A model generated the notes under the pieces. That model worked only from the letters and a program-made list of their open reading frames with translations. It did not search any database and was not told the DNA's origin. Positions 36,939 through 45,251 of a DNA stretch of 47,443 bases are shown here, piece by piece (position 1 is the first letter of the stretch; every line of letters starts with the position of its first letter). Source of the DNA: a virus (lineage: Duplodnaviria; Caudoviricetes); the IMG/VR virus record IMGVR_UViG_3300024231_001313, positions 1 through 47,443 of that record; one strand, 5' to 3'. A program made the translations under genes and the position numbers.

Positions 36939-37589
36939 TTATAAAATTTTGCTTACGTCTTGTTCTTTTATATTAAAGTTACTTTTGTTGTGCAACCTAT
37001 GGAAGCACAAGTATTCTGGTACATTGAAAAATTTATATTCACACCTGAGAAGCCTTAACCACAAATCATAATCTTCTATTCCTTCTATGTTTTCATTCCA
37101 GCCTCCAATTGAGTTTACGGCTGACTTCTTAAATATAGCGCTTTGATTGGCAATTTGATTTGAACCAGCAAGACTTCTTCTTTTGATTTCATTATGGCTA
37201 GACGATAAATTGGGACCTCCAATTAAAAATCCTTTTTCATCTATATAGTTTATAAATGATCCTACTACATCATAATCCGAGATATGTTTGATTTGTTTTT
37301 TTAGTTTTTCCTTTTCCCATACATCATCATCGTCTTGAATTGCACACCAATCGTATTGAGACTCTTTTATTAACTTGTTTAAGGTTTTGCCTTTACCTTT
37401 GTCGTCTCCATAATCAAACGTTTTTATTCTCGTATCTTTGTATTCTTTTATAATTTCTTTTGATGAATCTGTAGTTCCGTTAAAGCCTATCAGTAACTCC
37501 CAATCTTTAAAAGTCTGATTCAAAATAGAATCTATACTATTTCTGAGATATTTTTCTCCATTATATATTGCTAATAATATAGAAATCAT
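36939..37589 (-). CDS. Glycosyltransferase family 2
   Basis: ISILLAIYNGEKYL..SIDSILNQTF, QDDDD, IEDYDLWLR. Confidence 0.9.
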   Translation of the reverse strand: MISILLAIYNGEKYLRNSIDSILNQTFKDWELLIGFNGTTDSSKEIIKEYKDTRIKTFDYGDDKGKGKTLNKLIKESQYDWCAIQDDDDVWEKEKLKKQIKHISDYDVVGSFINYIDEKGFLIGGPNLSSSHNEIKRRSLAGSNQIANQSAIFKKSAVNSIGGWNENIEGIEDYDLWLRLLRCEYKFFNVPEYLCFHRLHNKSNFNIKEQDVSKIL

Positions 37590-37596
37590 TACGTTG

Positions 37597-38283
37597 TTAA
37601 TGAGGTAACTTGAAATTTAAACAGTCTATTATCTTAGATTCGTTGTATTCTAAACCTACAAAGTCGAAAAGTTTTTTTAAGTTTTCGTTTTTATGGTCAG
37701 TGAATTCAGAATAATCTATTTCAAATATTCTATCTTTATCTAAATCCACCAAGTCTTTATATTCTTGCATAACCGATTCTAATTCGTCAGGTGACGATGG
37801 GTGATTTTTAGAAAAACCAGAACGGATGTAAGATTTTGAAAGTTCTTCTGGGTTTCTAGTATTGACTAAAAAATATACATTATCTGTTGAGTCTAATATG
37901 TTTTGAATCGCTTCCTTGTTTCTGTTAAACAGTTGTTTATAACCGCAGGTTTTATCTTTAGGTTTAAAATAGTTTAATAAAATTTGTTGTTTAGCTTCCT
38001 CCAAATATTCTAAGTTTTCGATCTTCCATTTTTCGCTTCTTAAGTCTCCCCTTTTGTAATAAGGGTGATTTAAATTTTCAACAACCCAATTGTTTTCAAA
38101 GCTTTTCTCAATAAACTTTCCGTGGTCGTTTAGAGCTTTCAGGGTATTTGATAAATCTTCTATTGGGTGAGTCTTAAACTCTCCGTAAAAAGAATTGTTT
38201 TCGGTACCAGTGTTTAGAAGTTTTACGAGAAGGGTAGATCCAGTCCTACCAGACGTTAGTATTATAAAATATTTTTGTTTCAT
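37597..38283 (-). CDS. Sulfotransferase (P-loop, Stf0/Sulfotransfer_3-like)
   Basis: SGRTGSTLL, GYK, TRNP...S, IDYSEF...LFDFVGL. Confidence 0.8.
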   Translation of the reverse strand: MKQKYFIILTSGRTGSTLLVKLLNTGTENNSFYGEFKTHPIEDLSNTLKALNDHGKFIEKSFENNWVVENLNHPYYKRGDLRSEKWKIENLEYLEEAKQQILLNYFKPKDKTCGYKQLFNRNKEAIQNILDSTDNVYFLVNTRNPEELSKSYIRSGFSKNHPSSPDELESVMQEYKDLVDLDKDRIFEIDYSEFTDHKNENLKKLFDFVGLEYNESKIIDCLNFKLPH

Positions 38284-38286
38284 CTT

Positions 38287-38979
38287 TTATGATCTTATTT
38301 CTTTGTGGTCTTTATCTAGAGCTATTAACCTAGGCTTAAATGGTGGGCGCAAAGACTCTCCGTAACAATATCCTGGGTCCAGTATTTTAGTGGGAGGATT
38401 GTTTATAAAGTATCTATTCAAATGACTCTCGTCGTGCCAGATTGCAGTTATTTTATTACTTTCATCTTCTTTTATATTTTCAGAACATGTTTCGCACATC
38501 TTTAAATATTCCTCACTAGATCCACCATTAAACCCGCCAGCAAAATATTGCATGTTTTCAAAAATTGATACATAAGCTGTTGAATTTGGATTCGTTTCTG
38601 GAGTACCTCTTCTTCCATAAAGACCTGGATGTTGAGTGGAAACTCTATCACTTATTACTTCGCTGCCGACAAAATCAACAAATCTCATGTCCGCATCGCA
38701 ATAATATAAATAATCCATTTTAGATAATTCTTCTTTATGCAGGTTGAATATATTATATCTGCCAAGCGTCATCCAAGGCCAATCCTTATGTTTTGTTTCT
38801 ACTATGTTAATTTTTCTTTCTGAAGAAATATCTATATCTTTATTGTTTGTAAATATAAAATATTCTACATTAGAATCTGTTAAAAAGAAATCATCAGCAC
38901 TAGATATTAATTTATTTAAGAAATCAGTATATTTATTCGTAGCTATTATAAGCAAGCCTATTTTTGGTTTTTCTTTCAT
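38287..38979 (-). CDS. Glycosyltransferase family 6 (ABO-like alpha-1,3-GalNAc/Gal transferase)
   Basis: IATNKY, YFIFT, WPWMTL.R, DADM, YFAGGFNGG, WHDESHLNRY; start set at the ATGA overlap (38979). Confidence 0.92.
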   Translation of the reverse strand: MKEKPKIGLLIIATNKYTDFLNKLISSADDFFLTDSNVEYFIFTNNKDIDISSERKINIVETKHKDWPWMTLGRYNIFNLHKEELSKMDYLYYCDADMRFVDFVGSEVISDRVSTQHPGLYGRRGTPETNPNSTAYVSIFENMQYFAGGFNGGSSEEYLKMCETCSENIKEDESNKITAIWHDESHLNRYFINNPPTKILDPGYCYGESLRPPFKPRLIALDKDHKEIRS

Positions 38980-39725
38980 CTTGTTAAGAAATTTAAAAGC
39001 GTTACAAAATCTAGGCATTTATAATCACTTATGTCTTCCTCGCTTTTTTTGTAAGCAAAGTTGTTTTTGTAATAGTAGCTATAATCGTTATGCCAAACGG
39101 TATTTTTTTCATCAAAGGATATTTTAATGCCAGCTTCTTTTAGTCTTCTGGAGAAATCTACATCTTCATTACAATCAAAACCATTAAGTTTTCCATAGAA
39201 TGGGATTTCATTGTTCCAGCAAATATTTTCAAGTAGAGATCTTTTGCAAATAGAAAAAGCGCCAGATTGATAAAGAAGAGTACCAGGAGCTGAATCATCA
39301 AAGTCGTAATCAACCATCTGATGCGTAGGTGTATAAGTGCATCTGTCGTAATATCTATTACCACAAGGTATCAAAACTTTGTTACCTAATATTTGCCAAT
39401 CTTTATTTTTCCTATCATAATCTTTGAAATTTTGATACCAGTTAGGAGGGAATATCATATCATCATCACAATGAACAATAACATCACCAAAAGAATTTTC
39501 AGTCCCTATATTTCTGCGTTTGCCTAGGTATTTTACATAGATATTATCCTCTATTACTTTAACGTGAGGGGAAGAAAATTGACCCACGTTATTACCTATA
39601 ACTAATATCTCATAATCGGAGAAACTTGTAAAGTTTCTATGTATAGATTTTATGCAAAGATTAGTCTCACTAGGGCGTTCTCCATTAGTTATTATGCAAA
39701 ACGAGATATTAGGTTTTTGATCCAC
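38976..39725 (-). CDS. Glycosyltransferase family 2-like
   Basis: ISFCIIT, KRRNIG, HCDDD, EDVDFS.R, VWH. Confidence 0.8.
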   Translation of the reverse strand: MDQKPNISFCIITNGERPSETNLCIKSIHRNFTSFSDYEILVIGNNVGQFSSPHVKVIEDNIYVKYLGKRRNIGTENSFGDVIVHCDDDMIFPPNWYQNFKDYDRKNKDWQILGNKVLIPCGNRYYDRCTYTPTHQMVDYDFDDSAPGTLLYQSGAFSICKRSLLENICWNNEIPFYGKLNGFDCNEDVDFSRRLKEAGIKISFDEKNTVWHNDYSYYYKNNFAYKKSEEDISDYKCLDFVTLLNFLTR

Positions 39726-39738
39726 AAAAGATCATAGT

Positions 39739-40608
39739 TCAAATATCGTCTTTTTCAACTACTTCGCAGTTTTTTAAGTGGTCAAAACCACAGAAATAGT
39801 CATCATGATCTAAAACGCAAGATTCATCCCAGCCCCACTCACTTACAAGTTCTTCTTCATCCCACTCAACAGCTTCAGAAGAGACTGATTTGTTAACTGG
39901 TTTTTTACTCCACATCTTACAAGACCAGTAGCGGGGTGTAGTTTTGTCTTTGGCTGTATCACATTTATGTCTAGCTCTAAAGCTTCGGCGGCGATCAGGG
40001 TCATCTCTCTTAATTTCCATGTTTGGATCACCAAACTTTACGACAATAATGTTACCTGTTTTGGGACTTTTAACATAAACACCAAATTTCTTTTTTTCTC
40101 CTTTTAGTCTGAAGGGTTTGTTTAAGGTCTTTTTTTCTGCTTCTGAATAGAACAATTCTTCGCAATCTTCATTTTGGTCTCGTTTTTCAACTCCAGCCTT
40201 AATAAGGTCAATGCAAGCCAGGTCTAATTCCAAATCGGTGAAACAGACAAATGCTTTTTCTGGACTTTCTACATAATAAGATTCTTCACCATCCAATAAA
40301 TCTTTATCAGCAATGCTGTATACCTCACCAACATTCTCTCCATTGGATAGCTTTAAGAATTTGTTAACCCTTGCTAACGCTAGTTGGCCTCTTGTTTTAT
40401 TTACGAGGTGGGAATGAGCATAAGATGCGTAACCACGACGGTAAACTTTTTTAAGTTGTTCTAGTGTCACCTGATTTTCGCTTACGTCGTTATTTCTTTC
40501 TACTTTTGCCTCCAAAACAGAACATATACATTCAGAATGTGGTATACAAGAATTCCTTTGGGAGATCTTGGTGAAGTCTTTAATTTGTTGAGAAAAATCG
40601 TATTCCAT
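39739..40608 (-). CDS. Two-domain phage protein of unknown function
   Basis: LKKVYRRG...ALARVNKF domain plus KKFGVYVK...KFGDP...RRSFRARHKC...YWSC domain, both recurrent in large phages; likely start at 40608 after the GTGTA motif. Confidence 0.65.
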   Translation of the reverse strand: MEYDFSQQIKDFTKISQRNSCIPHSECICSVLEAKVERNNDVSENQVTLEQLKKVYRRGYASYAHSHLVNKTRGQLALARVNKFLKLSNGENVGEVYSIADKDLLDGEESYYVESPEKAFVCFTDLELDLACIDLIKAGVEKRDQNEDCEELFYSEAEKKTLNKPFRLKGEKKKFGVYVKSPKTGNIIVVKFGDPNMEIKRDDPDRRRSFRARHKCDTAKDKTTPRYWSCKMWSKKPVNKSVSSEAVEWDEEELVSEWGWDESCVLDHDDYFCGFDHLKNCEVVEKDDI

Positions 40609-40625
40609 ATTAATTCTATACACTA
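40609..40625 (-). promoter_or_regulatory. Candidate phage late promoter (GTGTA motif)
   Basis: TAGTGTA ending 10 nt before ATG 40608, at the head of the glycan-island gene run. Confidence 0.45.
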
Positions 40626-40646
40626 AAATTTTAAAATAATGAAATC

Positions 40647-42317
40647 TTAACCTTCGCAAGATGTACATTCCATAATGGATTGTGCAAGAGCTTGGCTTGG
40701 ATTTGTACTTCTCTGGTAATAAAATCCCTTAAGACCCATTTCCCAACCTAAAATCATAAGGTCGCTGACTTCCTTTGGAGAAGCTTTAGGGTGAACCATT
40801 AGGTTTAACGACTGTCCTTGATCAATATATTTTTGTCGCTGAGAAGCCTGAATCACAATCTCTTTCTGGGAAACTTCTGAGAATGTTTTAAATACATCCT
40901 TTTCCTGTTGATCGAGAAAGCTTAAATGCTGCACCGAACCATCTTTAAGAAGTATGGACTTCCATACGGCCTCTGTGTTTTTACCTTTGGATTCCAAGAG
41001 TCTTTCTAGGTGAGGACTCCTAATTGTAAATTTTCCTTTTGCTGAATTCTTTGTATAGTAATTAACAGTAGGCTCAATTCCCTGAGAAACCTGACCGAGA
41101 ATCAAGGAGCTTGTTGTAGTTGGAGCAACAGCCATTGTCGTGGTATTTCTCCTGCCATAACCCTTAAGAACCTCTGGCTCGCCAAATACTTTAGCTAATT
41201 CTTCTGTAGCTTTATCTGCTCTTTCTCTTATAGTTCTGAAAATTTCTGCGTTTTTCATCTTAGCATCCATACTTTCAAAGGAAATCATATTGTCTTGTAG
41301 ATAAGAATGCCAACCAAGAACGCCCATTCCTAAAGCTCTATGACGCTTTGCAAAATTATGATCGAACTCCATATAAGGGATATCCTCAGTCTTATTAATA
41401 TATTCTTCCATTACCGAATCAAGAAAGTAAACCATTGTTTCAATGGCATCAGTCTCAACAATTTCATCCCACCTCTCCAAATTAAGAGAAGACAAACAAC
41501 AGACAAACGACTCTTCTGGTGAAGAAGGTAAAGAAATTTCGTTACAAAGATTTGAAGCATAGATCTTCATGTTTTTATCTTTATAAACTTGAGGCGCGTT
41601 TTTGTTGGCTGTGTCTTGGAAAAATAAATAAGGATAGCCAGATTCGAACTTCTTCTGAACGATCTTTGCCCAGATCTTTCGCTTATCAATGTCGCCACCT
41701 TTCATGCCCTCCATCCATTCGTCTGTGATAGTAACAGCAAAAGAAAGGTCCTGAATAGGGTGTCCGTCAGATCTGATACGCAGAAATTCTTCGATATCTG
41801 GGTGGTCGACAGGTAGATAAGCAGCAAAAGAACCTCTACGAACACTACTCTGGGATACCACAGAAGTGACCTTGTCAAACAACTCCATAAAATGAACAGA
41901 ACCAGAAGAACTTCCTCCTGTGCTGATAGACTTACCTCTACCTCTCAGTTCACCGAAATAACCAGAAGTTCCAGCACCATGTTTCGTTTGCATACCAACC
42001 TCGGACTGTTTTGTTAGGATGCCCTCCATTGTATCTGGCACAAAAACACCATTACAGGAAACGGGTAACCCTCTGTCTCTACCATAGTTAGCCCATACAG
42101 GACTAGACAAAGAAAAGAAGCCAAGAGACATATAATGTTCAAATTTCTCACATAAATCAGAAAATTTGTCTTTATGTTCTGTAGGGGCGCGAGATACAAA
42201 ATCTTTTTGAAATGCCTCCCCTACACTTAACACTCTACCAATCAAGCTTTCGCCGTCAAGATATCCCCTGTTTAAGATCCGCTGCGAAGTTTCGTTGTTC
42301 CAATAATATTTTTTCAT
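40647..42317 (-). CDS. nrdA: Ribonucleoside-diphosphate reductase class I alpha subunit (no ATP cone)
   Basis: PVSC, RRGSFAAYL, SNLCNEI, VCCLSS, APTTTSS, YYQRS, C-terminal CTSCEG. Confidence 0.95.
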   Translation of the reverse strand: MKKYYWNNETSQRILNRGYLDGESLIGRVLSVGEAFQKDFVSRAPTEHKDKFSDLCEKFEHYMSLGFFSLSSPVWANYGRDRGLPVSCNGVFVPDTMEGILTKQSEVGMQTKHGAGTSGYFGELRGRGKSISTGGSSSGSVHFMELFDKVTSVVSQSSVRRGSFAAYLPVDHPDIEEFLRIRSDGHPIQDLSFAVTITDEWMEGMKGGDIDKRKIWAKIVQKKFESGYPYLFFQDTANKNAPQVYKDKNMKIYASNLCNEISLPSSPEESFVCCLSSLNLERWDEIVETDAIETMVYFLDSVMEEYINKTEDIPYMEFDHNFAKRHRALGMGVLGWHSYLQDNMISFESMDAKMKNAEIFRTIRERADKATEELAKVFGEPEVLKGYGRRNTTTMAVAPTTTSSLILGQVSQGIEPTVNYYTKNSAKGKFTIRSPHLERLLESKGKNTEAVWKSILLKDGSVQHLSFLDQQEKDVFKTFSEVSQKEIVIQASQRQKYIDQGQSLNLMVHPKASPKEVSDLMILGWEMGLKGFYYQRSTNPSQALAQSIMECTSCEG

Positions 42318-43291
42318 GCAAATACGCTGTCTAAGTCAAATGTTTGTGATTTTTTTGAATACTCTACTGGGCGAGAATGGAAGAAATCTGTAGAGTTGTT
42401 GCCCATCAACTCCTCTTCAAACCACATTGTATCTTTAATTAGATCATTGTCAATATCAAAAGCCTTTTTAAATGAAATTTGTTCCATCGAGTCGTTGATC
42501 CTAGATTTGATAAACTCTTTTAGAAGTGGAGCGCTTAAACCTTTTTCATTAATACCATTTACCATCCAATCAATAATTTTAGCCTCGGCAATGTAAGCCT
42601 GTTCTGCTTCATGAAGAATTCTTTGTTCTAATTCTTCGTCAAAAAGCTCTGGATGCTCTTCTCTTATTGTGTTGATAATCTTAATTCCTACTTGGGCATG
42701 TATGTTTTCTTCGTTTCTTGTATACCTAACCTGTTGCTCGGTATCTTTAAGTACATTTTTGTTTCTAGAGAACCAATTGATAACATAAAATTGACTCATC
42801 AAAGAAACGTTCTCCACAAACAAGGTAAACAATATAAGTGCATATAGATACTGTTTCTTAGAGTCCTTATAAAATCTATGGGTATATTTACGCAAGTAGC
42901 TTACTCGACCCTCAATAAAATCCAACTTTAAATTTTCCTCAAAAATATCCTCCAAGCCAAGAACTTTCAACAGTCTTTCATAGGCATTGTTATGAATAAC
43001 TTCAACGTTTGCCATTACATAACCAAGATCTGTAAGGGATGGGTGAGGTAAGTTATCTCCTAGTTTAGCCCAGAATTTTTTAACAGCAACTTCAATTTGA
43101 CCAATAGCAGAAAGAGTTCTTATGATAATCTCACGTTGCTGGTCATCCATTGTGATGTGAAAATCTTGAACGTCAGAGGAAAAGCTAAATTCTTTATCAG
43201 TCCAAAAACCATTATGCATCACCTCAATAAATTCTTCTGCCCATGGATAGTGATTAGGTTTCCTTGATATTTGTTCCTCGAATATGCTCAT
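42314..43291 (-). CDS. nrdB: Ribonucleoside-diphosphate reductase class I beta subunit
   Basis: FWTDKE, QIEVAV, EVIHNNAY, VENVSL, EENIH, DFFHSRPVEY. Confidence 0.95.
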   Translation of the reverse strand: MSIFEEQISRKPNHYPWAEEFIEVMHNGFWTDKEFSFSSDVQDFHITMDDQQREIIIRTLSAIGQIEVAVKKFWAKLGDNLPHPSLTDLGYVMANVEVIHNNAYERLLKVLGLEDIFEENLKLDFIEGRVSYLRKYTHRFYKDSKKQYLYALILFTLFVENVSLMSQFYVINWFSRNKNVLKDTEQQVRYTRNEENIHAQVGIKIINTIREEHPELFDEELEQRILHEAEQAYIAEAKIIDWMVNGINEKGLSAPLLKEFIKSRINDSMEQISFKKAFDIDNDLIKDTMWFEEELMGNNSTDFFHSRPVEYSKKSQTFDLDSVFA

Positions 43292-43733
43292 CTTTGTTAT
43301 TATTTTGTTTTTTAGGTTTGAAATTGACGGTTTTGGCCATGAAAAAGCCCCTATATGCCCCGCTTCATTAAGTTACACTTTAGCCAATTTTAGTTCACAG
43401 TCAACTTAAAAATTTAGTGAAATATTTAAGTTGAAAAAAAATAAAAATTTATTTAGAAATATATTGAAGGGTTTTTATAATAAAACGATTAGTTTATGGC
43501 CTTCGAAGAACAATTACTTAACGATTATATCGAATAGTCTTCGCTAGTACTGCTATACGATATTTTAAATAACCTACCGATAAGTATATACCACTTCTTC
43601 GATAAGTATATACTATACGGAGAAGATTTAAAAATATCGTATAGCTAACCATTTTTTTTTAAAGCAATACTTTTAAAAAAATAATGCTGATTTAGTAAAG
43701 AAAACAGTTGACTTTAATTAAATATGATGAATA
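43292..43733. other. Non-coding strand-switch region with nested repeats; candidate replication origin and divergent promoters
   Basis: Largest gap in the window; AT-rich flanks; 14-bp direct repeats inside an inverted repeat; TTGACT elements face both directions. Confidence 0.5.
43552..43645. repeat. Inverted repeat enclosing two direct repeats
   Basis: GCTATACGATATTTT (43552-43566) / AAAATATCGTATAGC (43631-43645); CGATAAGTATATAC at 43578-43591 and 43600-43613. Confidence 0.9.
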
Positions 43734-44333
43734 ATGAGGGTATCAATGGACAACTTAGCAGGTAAAATAATAAGCATCTCTGGAAATGCTAGATGCGGCA
43801 AGGATACATTGGGTAATAATATAGTATCTATACTTGAGGACTTAGGTATCAAAGCTAAAACCCTATCTTTTGCATACGAGCTTAAAAGTTCTGTAGATTC
43901 GTTTTTATTAGAACAAACTGGAATTTCTGCTTTTACAGACAATGATATAGAAAAGTCTATAATTAGACCTTTCCTTGTCTGTTGGGGAACAGATGTGATG
44001 AGATCAATAGACAATAACATATGGATCAATAAACTAGAAGAATCATTATCTACAGACCGTGTCAATATAATTACAGATTTAAGATTTGAAAATGAACTAG
44101 ACTGGGTTAAGTCTAAAGAAGGTTTCTCCATAATGCTTAAGAGAGATGGAATAAAACCAGCAAACGATTACGAAAAGATTAATAACTCGGAATTATCAAA
44201 CAATGTTGACTTATCATTTTGCATAGGTTCTTTTGATGACGAGAAAATATTAAAATTAACATCTATGGAAATACTAGATCAACTAATAACAGAAAAAACA
44301 TTTGACTTATGGAAAGCGACCTGTCCCTTATAA
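43734..44333 (+). CDS. Deoxynucleoside monophosphate kinase
   Basis: ISGNARCGKDT P-loop, SFA..LK, RPFL..WGT..R, IITDLRFENE. Confidence 0.85.
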   Translation: MRVSMDNLAGKIISISGNARCGKDTLGNNIVSILEDLGIKAKTLSFAYELKSSVDSFLLEQTGISAFTDNDIEKSIIRPFLVCWGTDVMRSIDNNIWINKLEESLSTDRVNIITDLRFENELDWVKSKEGFSIMLKRDGIKPANDYEKINNSELSNNVDLSFCIGSFDDEKILKLTSMEILDQLITEKTFDLWKATCPL

Positions 44334-44884
44334 ATAAAATAAAAGAGCATAGAGATGATGGTTGTTTACTAGAATTGATAGACAGACATTCTGGTATCTA
44401 CGTTTATATTGTCGATCAATATACCAAGAACAAAAGAAACGCTATCAATAGGGATTCCATCCTCGATGATAAAGATTACATTATATATACTTCAGCACTA
44501 AATTACGACCCAAGTAGAAACAGTAAATTCTCAACTTTTTTAGCTAACCAGACAAAATGGAAATGTTTAAATGAATTAAATAAAAAGAAGAACAAGAAAG
44601 AAGTATCCATTGAAAAGATTTATTCAAGACCATCTGGTGAGGAAAATTCTTTTGAAAAACTATCCAAAATAGAGGCTCTAGATATGTTCAGCTTAATGCT
44701 TTCTGAAGAAAAAGATAAAAGAGTAAAAAAAATCATTGACATTAGATACAATACAAGCAATACTAAGTTAGTGCCGTGGAAAAAAGCGGCGGAAGAACTC
44801 AATATGAGCATTCAGGGATGCATAAACATCCACGACAAATTCATCCAAAAAGTAAAAAATAAATTCGACCAAAATTATGTATAA
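44309..44884 (+). CDS. Phage-encoded sigma70-family sigma factor (regions 2 and 4)
   Basis: Region 2 LIDRH....YDPSRNSKFSTF; region 4 HTH IIDIRY...WKKAAEELNMS. Confidence 0.82.
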   Translation: MESDLSLINKIKEHRDDGCLLELIDRHSGIYVYIVDQYTKNKRNAINRDSILDDKDYIIYTSALNYDPSRNSKFSTFLANQTKWKCLNELNKKKNKKEVSIEKIYSRPSGEENSFEKLSKIEALDMFSLMLSEEKDKRVKKIIDIRYNTSNTKLVPWKKAAEELNMSIQGCINIHDKFIQKVKNKFDQNYV

Positions 44885-45251
44885 TACAATAGTAGCAGCA
44901 GGACATCTGGCAGCAGATCCAGAACTAAGAGAAGTAGGTAGTGCCAAAGTTTGCAAGATTCGTCTTTGCATCTCTGGGAACAGAGCAAAAGAACCATGCT
45001 TCGTGGACGCGGAGCTTTGGAATAAGCAAGCGGAAGTAGCCAACGAGTACCTAAAAAAGGGTAGGGCAATCATCCTACAAGGAGAACTACGTCAGTCCTC
45101 TTGGGAAAAAGAAGGGAAAACATACAACAAAATGTTTATCTCTGGTAGTAGTTTTCAATTCCTAAATGGAGGAGGAGAATCAGACGGAAAAACAACTGAT
45201 AAAAAGGAACCTGTAGCAGCTGGTGCTACTGATGAAGACATCCCATTTTAA
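44877..45251 (+). CDS. ssb: Single-stranded DNA-binding protein
   Basis: GHLAADPELR, FVD..LW..QAE...YLKKG, C-terminal DEDIPF. Confidence 0.95.
   Translation: MYNTIVAAGHLAADPELREVGSAKVCKIRLCISGNRAKEPCFVDAELWNKQAEVANEYLKKGRAIILQGELRQSSWEKEGKTYNKMFISGSSFQFLNGGGESDGKTTDKKEPVAAGATDEDIPF

Noticed and set aside
31842-39725. Bacterial O-antigen or capsule locus (host chromosome or chimeric contig)
   Set aside because: No wzx, wzy, ABC exporter or initiating transferase; composition, gene coupling and promoter style match the flanking phage genes.
2633-40668. Longest-ORF starts at 3277, 19642, 35112, 39018 and 40668
   Set aside because: They overlap upstream genes; downstream ATGs (3172, 19624, 35076, 38979, 40608) give ATGA coupling, match the paralogue length, or fit the intergenic layout better.
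43351-43368. Regulatory uORF (MKRGI*) or riboswitch upstream of nrdB
   Set aside because: Only five codons with weak pairing potential; cannot be distinguished from chance without conservation data.
43552-43645. tRNA, mini-CRISPR or MITE
   Set aside because: No cloverleaf or T-loop motif; only two 14-bp repeats with an 8-bp gap; no clear target-site duplication.
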